DNA of 54,461 nucleotides from a virus (Duplodnaviria; Caudoviricetes): IMG/VR virus record IMGVR_UViG_3300025322_000026, positions 1 to 54,461 of that record; one strand, 5' to 3'. Shown piece by piece: positions 1 to 7,885 of this stretch (position 1 is its first letter; each line of letters starts with the position of its first letter). The notes under the pieces were generated by a model. It saw only the letters and a program-made list of their open reading frames with translations, ran no database searches and was not told where the DNA came from. The position numbers and the translations under genes were made by a program.

Positions 1-1
1 A

Positions 2-42
2 TCCAATATTCAACGGCTGAATCTATTCCCGCTCAGCGGGAA
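2..42 (+). repeat. 41-bp double-palindrome repeat, copy 1
   Basis: TCCAATATTCAACGGCTGAATCTATTCCCGCTCAGCGGGAA; 35/41 identical to 50939-50979 and 34/41 to the reverse complement of 54231-54271 (manual alignment). Confidence 0.9.
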
Positions 43-60
43 TGAAGAGAGAGGTCATAG

Positions 61-462
61 ATGCCATACGAAGGTGCAAGTGATGGGAGGCATTATTGGT
101 TGACCCCCCCCGAATTGCTGGCCGAACTTGACACAGAATTCGGATTCGATTTCGCCCCTTGCCCATATCCAAGGCCAGAAGATTTCGATGGCCTTGAAGC
201 AGACTGGGGGAAATCAAACTATGTAAATCCCCCGTTCAAAGGGCCGACGGCTTGGGTCCGTAAAGCCATAGCTGAACACAAGAAGGGTAAGACAGTAGTA
301 TTCGTATTCCCGCTTGATAAGTGGATCCACTATCTCATCAAGGCCGGTGCCGAAATTCGCACGCTTGGGGACGTCCGTTGGCATTCGACTGAAGATGGAC
401 AAGCAGGAAAAGGAACTGGACGGTGGATCGCCGCATTTATCCTTCGGGGAGACAAACCATGA
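61..462 (+). CDS. Phage DNA N6-adenine methyltransferase (Dam-like, orphan)
   Basis: WLTPPE..FGFDF.PCP N-terminus and YVNPPF catalytic motif IV; GAGG RBS. Confidence 0.85.
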   Translation: MPYEGASDGRHYWLTPPELLAELDTEFGFDFAPCPYPRPEDFDGLEADWGKSNYVNPPFKGPTAWVRKAIAEHKKGKTVVFVFPLDKWIHYLIKAGAEIRTLGDVRWHSTEDGQAGKGTGRWIAAFILRGDKP

Positions 463-551
463 ACCACGAACGGATCATCATGATCTGGATTCTAGTTCTA
501 ATGACTTTCGCGATTCTCACCATCTATGCACTCGCGGTCCCATACCCATGA
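459..551 (+). CDS. 30-aa single-TM peptide (MNHERIIMIWILVLMTFAILTIYALAVPYP)
   Basis: ATGA overlap with MTase stop; GGGGAG RBS; hydrophobic core; below the ORF-track size cut-off. Confidence 0.55.
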   Translation: MNHERIIMIWILVLMTFAILTIYALAVPYP

Positions 552-643
552 GGCTGATCAATGTCGGCTCTGTGTGGCTCATCCAAGTAGTACTCCTGTC
601 CTGCATCGTCGCATTCATCGTTCTGGTGATCATCCACTGTTAG
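548..643 (+). CDS. 31-aa single-TM peptide (MRLINVGSVWLIQVVLLSCIVAFIVLVIIHC)
   Basis: ATGA overlap with previous peptide; hydrophobic. Confidence 0.5.
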   Translation: MRLINVGSVWLIQVVLLSCIVAFIVLVIIHC

Positions 644-718
644 CCAGCCCGGGCGGGGCATCGGGCTGAGATTCTATGCGGGATCGGAATGGCGGAACGC
701 GGCCCCGCCCGTAATGCA

Positions 719-744
719 AAGGACCTCTCGTGAGAGAGGTCCTT
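719..744. terminator. Hairpin between convergent transcription units, probable terminator
   Basis: AAGGACCTCTC-GTGA-GAGAGGTCCTT, perfect 11-bp stem; short T runs on both sides. Confidence 0.7.
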
Positions 745-786
745 CGTCTAAGGAGGGGAACACCATGTCCGCCGGGATGCGGGGGA

Positions 787-1173
787 TCAGCCTCTTGCCT
801 TTTTCGCTGCGCGTTCTGCGAGAGCATTCCGCGTGGCGAAGCCAGCGTTCTCAAAGAGAGCCTTCAGGACCTTTGCATAGAAGCCCTCAACGATCACCCA
901 GGCAGCCGCCAGGAACGCTACAGCCTCAGCCAGGAATGTGATCCAGGGAGCGATACATCCTGCCAGGCCCGAACAGGCCGGGGCGGCAGGGAATGGGATC
1001 CCGGCGAGTCCACCTGAGACGATGACGAAGCCCGCAGAGAGAACGAGTGCGATGACTTCTTTCGTGAATGGGCTGGGTTCGGCACCGCCGTTGTCGCGGA
1101 TGACTTTGAACAGTTGGATCAAGAGGGGAATCACAACGAGGAAGAGAAGGGTATCCCAAGGTTCACCTAGCAT
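787..1173 (-). CDS. Multi-TM membrane protein, holin-like
   Basis: About 3 hydrophobic segments, basic C-terminus, last gene of the lysis region; AGGAG RBS and an upstream TGCTATCCT extended -10 candidate. Confidence 0.55.
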   Translation of the reverse strand: MLGEPWDTLLFLVVIPLLIQLFKVIRDNGGAEPSPFTKEVIALVLSAGFVIVSGGLAGIPFPAAPACSGLAGCIAPWITFLAEAVAFLAAAWVIVEGFYAKVLKALFENAGFATRNALAERAAKKARG

Positions 1174-1232
1174 AATTGCACTCTCCTATCGGGTGTTTGA
1201 CTTTCTCGGATACAGGATAGCACATTTCGTCC

Positions 1233-1901
1233 CTAATCGAAAAGCCCTCCTTCCTTGCTCGGCATTGGCGTTGGCGTTGGCTGACCCTCCAGATTGAGCA
1301 GAGAAAGCCACCAGGCTGAATAGGGAACGGGTTTTCCGGTGTCGGCCCATGCCAGCGTCCAGGGCGGCTGTTTGGAGACCTCAACGCCTTCGATGAGCCA
1401 CTTGAGGACTAGACAGTCATGGCTACAGGGTGAAGCGACCATGCCCCAGCGTTGAGCAGTTGGGAAGTCGACTTCGACCACTTCTTTTCGGAATAGCGCG
1501 ATCGGGAATATGTCTCCCCGAGCGGCGCAGTCCACGACCAAATAGGGACCTTCCCAGGTTGCTTCGGGCCGACGCATCCAGATCTCAGTCCCAATGTCTC
1601 CACATCCCATGAGAGCTACACCGCCAAGGTATCCCTCGAGACTCATACCTCGGACCTCTGCGGTCGCTTCCATAACCCAGGGCATGTAGAAAACAGCCCG
1701 ACCGATCGACCAGAACGGTGCGGGACGCATCCAGCTCTCTTTGTCGGGATAGCCCGGAACCCATCCATCGAGTGCCCAATATCCATTGATGACTGAATCG
1801 TCGCTGCATTCACGCGAGAGCCATTCGGCCTGGCAGTCCGTTTGCAAACGCGGCTGAGAGAAAGTCAGCGATAGCGCGAGCATGATGGCCGAACCCATCA
1901 C
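1233..1901 (-). CDS. Secreted protein, possible DPBB/RlpA-like (3D-like) cell-wall domain
   Basis: N-terminal signal-like segment; VALMGCGDIG.EIW...GPYLVVDCA...VEVDFPTAQRWG resembles a double-psi beta-barrel pattern. Confidence 0.45.
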   Translation of the reverse strand: MMGSAIMLALSLTFSQPRLQTDCQAEWLSRECSDDSVINGYWALDGWVPGYPDKESWMRPAPFWSIGRAVFYMPWVMEATAEVRGMSLEGYLGGVALMGCGDIGTEIWMRRPEATWEGPYLVVDCAARGDIFPIALFRKEVVEVDFPTAQRWGMVASPCSHDCLVLKWLIEGVEVSKQPPWTLAWADTGKPVPYSAWWLSLLNLEGQPTPTPMPSKEGGLFD

Positions 1902-2677
1902 TTCGGTTTCTTCCGAGTAGCTATGCTGTACCCTGACACGCCAAGGCCAGTAGCCAGAATGCCAGCCAGTAACTTGATGATCGCGTCTAGCCGGTCGTTG
2001 AGTGCCTGAACGTTCTCAGCAAACGAATCCATTCCGGTGATCTCGGGCGGCTCGATACTGAAGACTACGGGATCCTGCTGAATAGGAGACTGACAAGCAC
2101 AACAGCAACATCCGCAGGATCCGAATTCCGATGTATCACCACCTCCGCCGATGCCATCAATGGACGTGACCGTTTGGGTCGGCGTCGAGGTCACGATGAA
2201 GATCCTCGGGGTCTGTGTCGGTTCAGGTGTATCTTCGTCATCGTCATCGGGAGGCTTCTTCGTCTTGGTGGGCGTCTCGGTATCAGGAACCGAAGTCTCC
2301 GTGATAGTCGCGCTAGGGATGACAGTTCCTGTTTCCGTTGGTTGAGATGTGTCCGTTAGAACAGGCGTCGCCGTCATGGTACTCGTGGGGGGTACTGGAG
2401 TATCTGACGGTTGCGGTGTGTCAGTCGGGATTCGTGTCTCTGTGGGAGACTTGGTCTTGGTTGGTGTCTTGCTTGAATAAGGCTTCTCGGTCTCCGTCGG
2501 TGTCTTGGATTTCTCCTGATGCTTTTCGGTAGCCGTGGGCGTTTTGGTCTTATCCCACTCTAGAGGTGCGGCCCCGGTCGTATTCGCCGCGAAGAAAAAC
2601 ATCATGAAGAGAATGACTGCTGCCGCTATAACTGCGAGAACGATTCGTGCGCCTCGGACATTTTTGTCGTCAGGCAT
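1898..2677 (-). CDS. Pro/Thr-rich surface protein with Cys cluster and C-terminal TM plus basic tail
   Basis: N-terminal hydrophobic segment, TPT repeats, SCGCCCCAC, C-terminal TM then RKKPK. Confidence 0.75.
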   Translation of the reverse strand: MPDDKNVRGARIVLAVIAAAVILFMMFFFAANTTGAAPLEWDKTKTPTATEKHQEKSKTPTETEKPYSSKTPTKTKSPTETRIPTDTPQPSDTPVPPTSTMTATPVLTDTSQPTETGTVIPSATITETSVPDTETPTKTKKPPDDDDEDTPEPTQTPRIFIVTSTPTQTVTSIDGIGGGGDTSEFGSCGCCCCACQSPIQQDPVVFSIEPPEITGMDSFAENVQALNDRLDAIIKLLAGILATGLGVSGYSIATRKKPK

Positions 2678-2686
2678 GAGAGCCTC

Positions 2687-3694
2687 CTATGGGCAGTTTG
2701 CGCCCGCGGTCACTTGGCAGTTCGCCCAGACTTTCAGATCGACCAATGGAACCAGAACTGAAGCCCCTGTGGCAGTCTTGCCGTATTTGAGATGGCGTCC
2801 GATTTCCATGGATTCCATTCTTAGAGGCACATTCCCATTCTGGAATTCATCGGCCAATGGAAGGAAATCCATGGCTTCACTGAGTTGAAGATCTGTCTTG
2901 ACTAGTGAGAATAGATCAGGCCATATCGTCGGACTGGCGATGATCGTCGGCAGCCAGTCGTTACGCATCGCCAATAGGACATCCTGAGCCCGGCGCGTCC
3001 GTGCCACATCATCCGATTGAGTCCTCGCCCGGATGTAGCACAGGAGTTGCGCGCCGGTCATATGATACTCCACCCCAGCTTTCCAGTTGGAGTCATAGCC
3101 ACCTTTGCTTCCCGCGCCGAGCAGACCTTTGTAGTTTCCGCACCAGTCGAAGTAGGTTTCCTTCGGGACCACGGTCAGTCCGCCAAGAAGGTCCGCCACT
3201 CGAATCAGACCATCGAAGTCGATACCATAAACGCCGGCATTCACGAACAGGCCGAAGTTCTGTTTCACCGCCTCGCGGACTCCATCGAAGCCTCCCCGCA
3301 GGTAGGCGACATTGATCCGATCCTTCTTCCAGCTTCCGTCGACCAAGACATCGACTAGGGTATCGCGCGGAATACTCAGGACAATAGCCTCTTCGATTTC
3401 CTGAGAGGCACCGGGCATGATCCGCAGACTGACGATGATGAAAGTATCCGTTCTGAGCCCGATCCCCTCCCGATCCCGATCCATGCCGACCAGTACCGCG
3501 GTGACATACTGGGGTAGAGCCTGCGTCGGTACGGGGATAGCAGTCGGTTCAGCCGTTTCCGATGGCTTCACCGTAGGCAGTTGAGCAGCCGCCGCGCGCA
3601 AGACCGCTGTGGGCGATGGTTCTGGCGTAGGACCGCTCGGATAGCATCCAGTCAACAGAGACGCGATGAAAAGGACGATAGCGATTCGTCTCAT
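2687..3694 (-). CDS. LCP (LytR-CpsA-Psr) family phosphotransferase, lipoprotein
   Basis: Lipobox LLTGC; LVGMDR, RTDT, LSIPRDT, RINVAY, DLLGG, YIRAR..SDDVARTRRAQ are LCP motifs. Confidence 0.92.
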   Translation of the reverse strand: MRRIAIVLFIASLLTGCYPSGPTPEPSPTAVLRAAAAQLPTVKPSETAEPTAIPVPTQALPQYVTAVLVGMDRDREGIGLRTDTFIIVSLRIMPGASQEIEEAIVLSIPRDTLVDVLVDGSWKKDRINVAYLRGGFDGVREAVKQNFGLFVNAGVYGIDFDGLIRVADLLGGLTVVPKETYFDWCGNYKGLLGAGSKGGYDSNWKAGVEYHMTGAQLLCYIRARTQSDDVARTRRAQDVLLAMRNDWLPTIIASPTIWPDLFSLVKTDLQLSEAMDFLPLADEFQNGNVPLRMESMEIGRHLKYGKTATGASVLVPLVDLKVWANCQVTAGANCP

Positions 3695-3748
3695 GGAATC
3701 TCCTCAGTTCTGTCTTCGGAGGGAATGGGCGTGGATGACCACGCTCAC

Positions 3749-3777
3749 AGGGTAGCCTTAGCGGAGGAATCTGTCAA
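3749..3777 (-). promoter_or_regulatory. sigma70-type promoter for the LCP operon
   Basis: TTGACA-17 nt-TACCCT on the - strand, followed by a GCGTGG/CCACGC hairpin and a GAGGAG RBS. Confidence 0.65.
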
Positions 3778-3813
3778 ATCTGAGCCTGCGTAGGAGTTCA
3801 TAGTACGCTGGTC

Positions 3814-4230
3814 CTATTTTCTTTTCGATGCCCTGATTGAGTTGATCGCGTCAAGGATAGACTTAGTTCTTTCTGCTGCCGTAGTCTCGTGATTCAAGAA
3901 GATGGAGACCAATCCACGAATCTGTTCTGTCACCTCCCTCATTTGTTCCATCCCTTGAGACATCGCCGCTCCCCTTTGTTCGGCTTGGAGTTTGAACATC
4001 TCAGACCAATGTCCATCCCGAGTTCCGATCGATTCCAGGAAAGAAGTCTGTTGTGTTTGGAGAAAATCACGCCATTCCTTATCCCGCTCTTGACGTTCTA
4101 GTGTGAAGGCCTCTTCCCGTTTCTGACGTTCCTCCCCGTTACTCTTGCTAACCTTAATTGAATAGTAGATAAAACCCCCAACAGCTCCTAGGTTTGCTAC
4201 TAAGCTGGCCAGCGTAAGTTCATCGGGCAT
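3814..4230 (-). CDS. Holin-like protein (one N-terminal TM plus coiled coil)
   Basis: TM LVANLGAVGGFIYYSI, charged helical remainder, directly downstream of the endolysin; GGAGG RBS. Confidence 0.55.
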   Translation of the reverse strand: MPDELTLASLVANLGAVGGFIYYSIKVSKSNGEERQKREEAFTLERQERDKEWRDFLQTQQTSFLESIGTRDGHWSEMFKLQAEQRGAAMSQGMEQMREVTEQIRGLVSIFLNHETTAAERTKSILDAINSIRASKRK

Positions 4231-4239
4231 TCGCGCCTC

Positions 4240-5067
4240 CTAGAGTGGGCTGAGTTTATAGGTCGCCCAGAAGAAGCCGTTCGTTCCAAAGTAGTTGATC
4301 TCCCACCAGTCGCCCCATTCCGTCTTGTGGCTGATCGCCGTGATGATCTGGCCGGCGGGGATCCAACGGATCAAGGCTCCGTCTAGTTTCGGTTCAGCTC
4401 GAAAGTTTCCACCGACGTCGGTATGCCACTTGTTCCCGGGGAAGATGTCCGAGAAATACGGTGTCGGATCGATGATGTCATCCTTCTCCATCCAACTTGC
4501 GCCACGCGCGTCTTCTCCATCCAGCTTGAGGGTCACATGCAGATGAGCACCTGAGCTGTTCCCGGTGTTATCAGCAAGGCCAATGTCCTGTCCTGCCTCA
4601 ACTATGTCGCCTTCCTTGACCAGCGTTTTCTCGAAATGCGCGTAGATATGGCTGAAGATACCATCCCCTGCTTCGGTCTTGATTCGAACATGAATCCCAT
4701 AGGCACCGCTGTTGGCGTTGTTCTCGACCCGGTAGACAGTCCCCTTCGCGCCCGCGCGGACTTTGCTTCCATTCGCTGCCCGAAGATCAATCCCCTCGTG
4801 GCCCTTGAGACCGAAAGGCATGTAAGCCTGGGGATTCCGCCCATAGAGCTGTGTGATCTTCACTGGCAAATCGGCTGGATAAGCTAGATGGAATGTTCCT
4901 TCAGGTGGCTGTTCAGGTGGAATATCTGGAGGAGTTTCGACTTCTTCGGCATTCGCTGTGATCCATTCGAAGAGCTTCGTTGCATCTACAACCTTGCGTG
5001 CCATCGCGCGCCTCCAGAGGTCTTGTCTTCCAGCTATCCAGTAGTCTCGATCAATCTTGCCTGGCAT
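4240..5067 (-). CDS. Endolysin C-terminal piece: last GH25 strand, M23 peptidase and SH3b-like domain
   Basis: IDRDYW at the N-terminus; HEGIDL and HLH M23 zinc motifs; GNFRAEP...WWEI SH3b-like C-terminus; ATG at 5067 (frame open from TTG 5088). Confidence 0.85.
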   Translation of the reverse strand: MPGKIDRDYWIAGRQDLWRRAMARKVVDATKLFEWITANAEEVETPPDIPPEQPPEGTFHLAYPADLPVKITQLYGRNPQAYMPFGLKGHEGIDLRAANGSKVRAGAKGTVYRVENNANSGAYGIHVRIKTEAGDGIFSHIYAHFEKTLVKEGDIVEAGQDIGLADNTGNSSGAHLHVTLKLDGEDARGASWMEKDDIIDPTPYFSDIFPGNKWHTDVGGNFRAEPKLDGALIRWIPAGQIITAISHKTEWGDWWEINYFGTNGFFWATYKLSPL

Positions 5068-5076
5068 AATTTTCGT

Positions 5077-5606
5077 TCCATAGTACAATTAAAGTCGTCA
5101 GGACAATAGGGATCCTGACGACCTTCTATCAACACCGGAATGGAGGTTCCGATGCTCCCACAGTCTACCACAAAACGTTTCTGGTCCCTCGTTGATAAAT
5201 CTCCGAATGAAAAAAGATGTTGGATCTGGAAAGGCTATACCAATGTCAATGGCTATGGTGGATTCGGTCATTCTAGCAAATTGTTCCGAGCGCATCGGAT
5301 CGCGTGGGAACTCGTGAACGGCCCTATTCCCCAGGGCGTCCATGTTCTCCATCATTGCGACAATCCACCCTGTGTCAATCCAGACCATCTGTTTCTTGGA
5401 ACCCAAGCCGACAACAATCGTGATATGAGTAGAAAGCTCAGAAATGCAGCTAGAAAGCTGTCGCCATGTGAAGTTCTGGAGATCAGAGATCGATACAAAC
5501 CTGGAGAGATCCGCTTGGTTGATCTCGCAGAAGAATATAATGTGACATTTGGATTAATCGCAAAAATTATCCATCGTGTTATCTGGAAACACATCTAGGT
5601 TAGTCC
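5077..5606 (+). mobile_element. Antisense HNH cassette 1, inserted in the endolysin
   Basis: TCCA at 5077, TACAAT at 5084, hairpin 5094-5122, HNH gene, TCCT at 5604; removing 5077-5603 fuses the GH25 and M23 frames. Confidence 0.75.
5152..5598 (+). CDS. HNH homing endonuclease with C-terminal HTH-like domain
   Basis: RFWSLVDK..CWIWKG..AHRIAW..VLHHCDNPPCVNPDHL..DN; GGAGG RBS before ATG 5152. Confidence 0.92.
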   Translation: MLPQSTTKRFWSLVDKSPNEKRCWIWKGYTNVNGYGGFGHSSKLFRAHRIAWELVNGPIPQGVHVLHHCDNPPCVNPDHLFLGTQADNNRDMSRKLRNAARKLSPCEVLEIRDRYKPGEIRLVDLAEEYNVTFGLIAKIIHRVIWKHI

Positions 5607-6143
5607 TACCCACGCAACATTCCAACTCGAAGTTTGTTGCCAGCATATGATCTCGGGACTATATCCCTTGAGTGGAGTAGGCCCAGTATCATTATAACCA
5701 ACTAGCCAATGTGGCTTAGCCTGTATCCATGCTGGGACAGATATTCCATTCAGAAACCATGCACCAGAATAGATCATCATTTCTCTTCCATCGAATTGTT
5801 CAATCGCCGTGACCATGGCATACAATTGATTCCAGTCTACAGGATTCTTCTCCAGGTCTAGCGCAGGCATAAGTTCGCCACGATCATTTGCCGGCATTGA
5901 ATCGCAATAGGTTCTGGACTGATTGATGCCTGTCACACCTGGTTGATAAACCATGTATCCTAGCCGTAGTATTTTTTCTGTCTTTGCCTCAGACCATAGA
6001 ACCTCGAAATCTGGATCTGGCCATATACCTTGACCAACCCGAATCGCCGCGAACTCGACATGAGCCTCGCGCGCGCCCACGAAGTCCACTCCTTCTTGTG
6101 GAAATCCGCAGTCAATCCCGAGGGGATAATCAGCAGAGACCAT
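5595..6143 (-). CDS. GH25 muramidase, N-terminal piece of the split endolysin
   Basis: GIDC, AAIRVGQG, GYMVY, PALDLE (DxE), MIYSG, WQQTS; final DxD strand missing; start uncertain (6143 vs 6209). Confidence 0.85.
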   Translation of the reverse strand: MVSADYPLGIDCGFPQEGVDFVGAREAHVEFAAIRVGQGIWPDPDFEVLWSEAKTEKILRLGYMVYQPGVTGINQSRTYCDSMPANDRGELMPALDLEKNPVDWNQLYAMVTAIEQFDGREMMIYSGAWFLNGISVPAWIQAKPHWLVGYNDTGPTPLKGYSPEIICWQQTSSWNVAWVGLT

Positions 6144-6774
6144 AGAGGGAGAACCGAGATCCAGCGTAGAATCCGCCGCCGCCGCCGGGAATGTAGTCGT
6201 AGACATCAATCTGAGTTAAAGAATCCATATCGTTCCATACACCCCATTCATGCTCGACCATCCACAAACTTGGTGCTTCGCCTTCACCGAACACTCTGAT
6301 CGGCATATGGCTTAACATAGTCTTGTTCTTATCGGAGGAGGCATAGTCTCCGAAGAAAATGTATCCGACCCCAAATTCTCCCTCCATCGTTCCGCCAGCG
6401 CGTATCGATGTATTCGGTTCTCCCCCATAACCCCGAGCGAAATAGCTGGCTTGGTAGGCTGGCGATCCTGAATCGGCAAGCCCATGCCGTGCTCCACCCC
6501 AGTCATAGTTGGCACCGCTATCACCATTGAAGCGGAGATAAACTGGCACTCCATCGCTTTGGAAATTTAGGACGAGCATGAGATGGCGATAGGTCTGGGG
6601 AATGGCCGCGAAGGTAACAGGACTTGTGACCGCGTCGAGAAGGATGTCCTCAATGAGGGTAAAGCATCCAAAACCAACCGTCGAGAACTCTAGGGTCTCA
6701 AGCCTCTTAACGCGGGTTTCGTGATCCGCGATCCTTCGAGCAAGATCGCCCATGGCCTGCTCAATTGAAGGCAC
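6130..6774 (-). CDS. Small tail-tip/fibre-like protein
   Basis: N-terminal coiled coil (RVKRLETLE), VTFAAIPQTYRHL..LRFNGDSGANY..GSRFSLYG module typical of phage minor tail proteins; follows Tal. Confidence 0.65.
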   Translation of the reverse strand: MPSIEQAMGDLARRIADHETRVKRLETLEFSTVGFGCFTLIEDILLDAVTSPVTFAAIPQTYRHLMLVLNFQSDGVPVYLRFNGDSGANYDWGGARHGLADSGSPAYQASYFARGYGGEPNTSIRAGGTMEGEFGVGYIFFGDYASSDKNKTMLSHMPIRVFGEGEAPSLWMVEHEWGVWNDMDSLTQIDVYDYIPGGGGGFYAGSRFSLYGLC

Positions 6775-7885
6775 GTTCAATCTCCAGTCCGGCAGATAGG
6801 TTTTCTGTCTGATCCCTATTTACCGAGACATGAATGGATCGCACGACCCCATCGAAGTCTTTCCCTCGGTAAAGCGCCGATACCTTGTCGCCATAGTTCC
6901 AGTCGACCCCGAATCGGCTCCGGGGCGTATCCAATAACTCGCCTCGAAAGATCAACTTCGGCCGACTGTTCTGCATATGCTGAAAGGTTCGGCTCGCCAC
7001 ACCAAGAGTGGTGGTTTCCTCCCGGGCATCCTGAAAATCCTCACGACGATTCCAGATCGATCGGGCCATGCGATGCAGATCGTTTTCGGTATCAATGACC
7101 CGATCCAGTCCCTCGCCTTGACCACCACCCCAGACATAGTTCCATTCATCAACATAGTCTTCCCGAAGATAAGGATTCGCCAATGTCCCAGCTTCTTGGC
7201 TAAACACAATCGGTTGTAGTCCGCCCGAAAGAGTCCGATCAAGACCGACGACATCCGTGAATGTGCGGAACACAAATCGAGCATCCCCGACAGGGACGAG
7301 ATCAAAATAGAGCGGCGTCCCAAGATGTCGGCTTGTCTCGGCAATTTCTTGAAGGACTGGAAGCATTTTGCGCCACGCGAAGTTTCGGATGAGAACAGGA
7401 CATTGAGCCGCGTCTGGATCGACGAAGAAATGATCGGCGAGGTATCTACGAGGCCGTCCTTCAGCGTCATTGCCTGCCAACGCGCCTTCATTTTCTCGGA
7501 CAATGGCCTTTATCATGTCGTCCGCTTCTTGATTCTTGCTGGATTCACCCTCGGCATAACGGTAAGCAATAGGTCTTCGGTTGAGAAGTTCAATGGGATC
7601 TGGTCCGCCAATCGCGAGCATCTCCTGTCCATTGTCCTCGAACCATTCCCAGTAACGGAGAAACCCAACCATGAGAAGTTGTTCTGTTCCACCTTCTGGC
7701 TGGCGGTAAAACTCGAAAAGCTGGTCGACATTGAGATAGTCTTTCGACAGGTCAGGTCGGGTGATGATCGTGAACCAGCCCGCATCATTCAGGATACGGG
7801 CATACTCAAATCGAACGTAGTCATCGAGAAACGCGAGGGGCTGTCCATCGTGGGTAAGGATTCGGATGCGATGTGAGGCCGTCAA
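6761..7885 (-). CDS. Baseplate hub/Tal (ReqiPepy6 Gp37-like)
   Basis: Position after Dit; GGGQGEGLDR, RREDFQDAR, FGVDWNYGDKV motifs. Confidence 0.8.
   Translation of the reverse strand: MTASHRIRILTHDGQPLAFLDDYVRFEYARILNDAGWFTIITRPDLSKDYLNVDQLFEFYRQPEGGTEQLLMVGFLRYWEWFEDNGQEMLAIGGPDPIELLNRRPIAYRYAEGESSKNQEADDMIKAIVRENEGALAGNDAEGRPRRYLADHFFVDPDAAQCPVLIRNFAWRKMLPVLQEIAETSRHLGTPLYFDLVPVGDARFVFRTFTDVVGLDRTLSGGLQPIVFSQEAGTLANPYLREDYVDEWNYVWGGGQGEGLDRVIDTENDLHRMARSIWNRREDFQDAREETTTLGVASRTFQHMQNSRPKLIFRGELLDTPRSRFGVDWNYGDKVSALYRGKDFDGVVRSIHVSVNRDQTENLSAGLEIERAFN

Noticed and set aside
765-941. + strand ORF behind a perfect SD
   Set aside because: Lies after the terminator, antisense to a well-formed membrane gene, and the product is featureless.
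5077-5606. Group I intron in the endolysin
   Set aside because: The HNH is antisense and only about 80 nt remain, too short for the catalytic core; no recognisable core elements. A covariance-model search would settle it.
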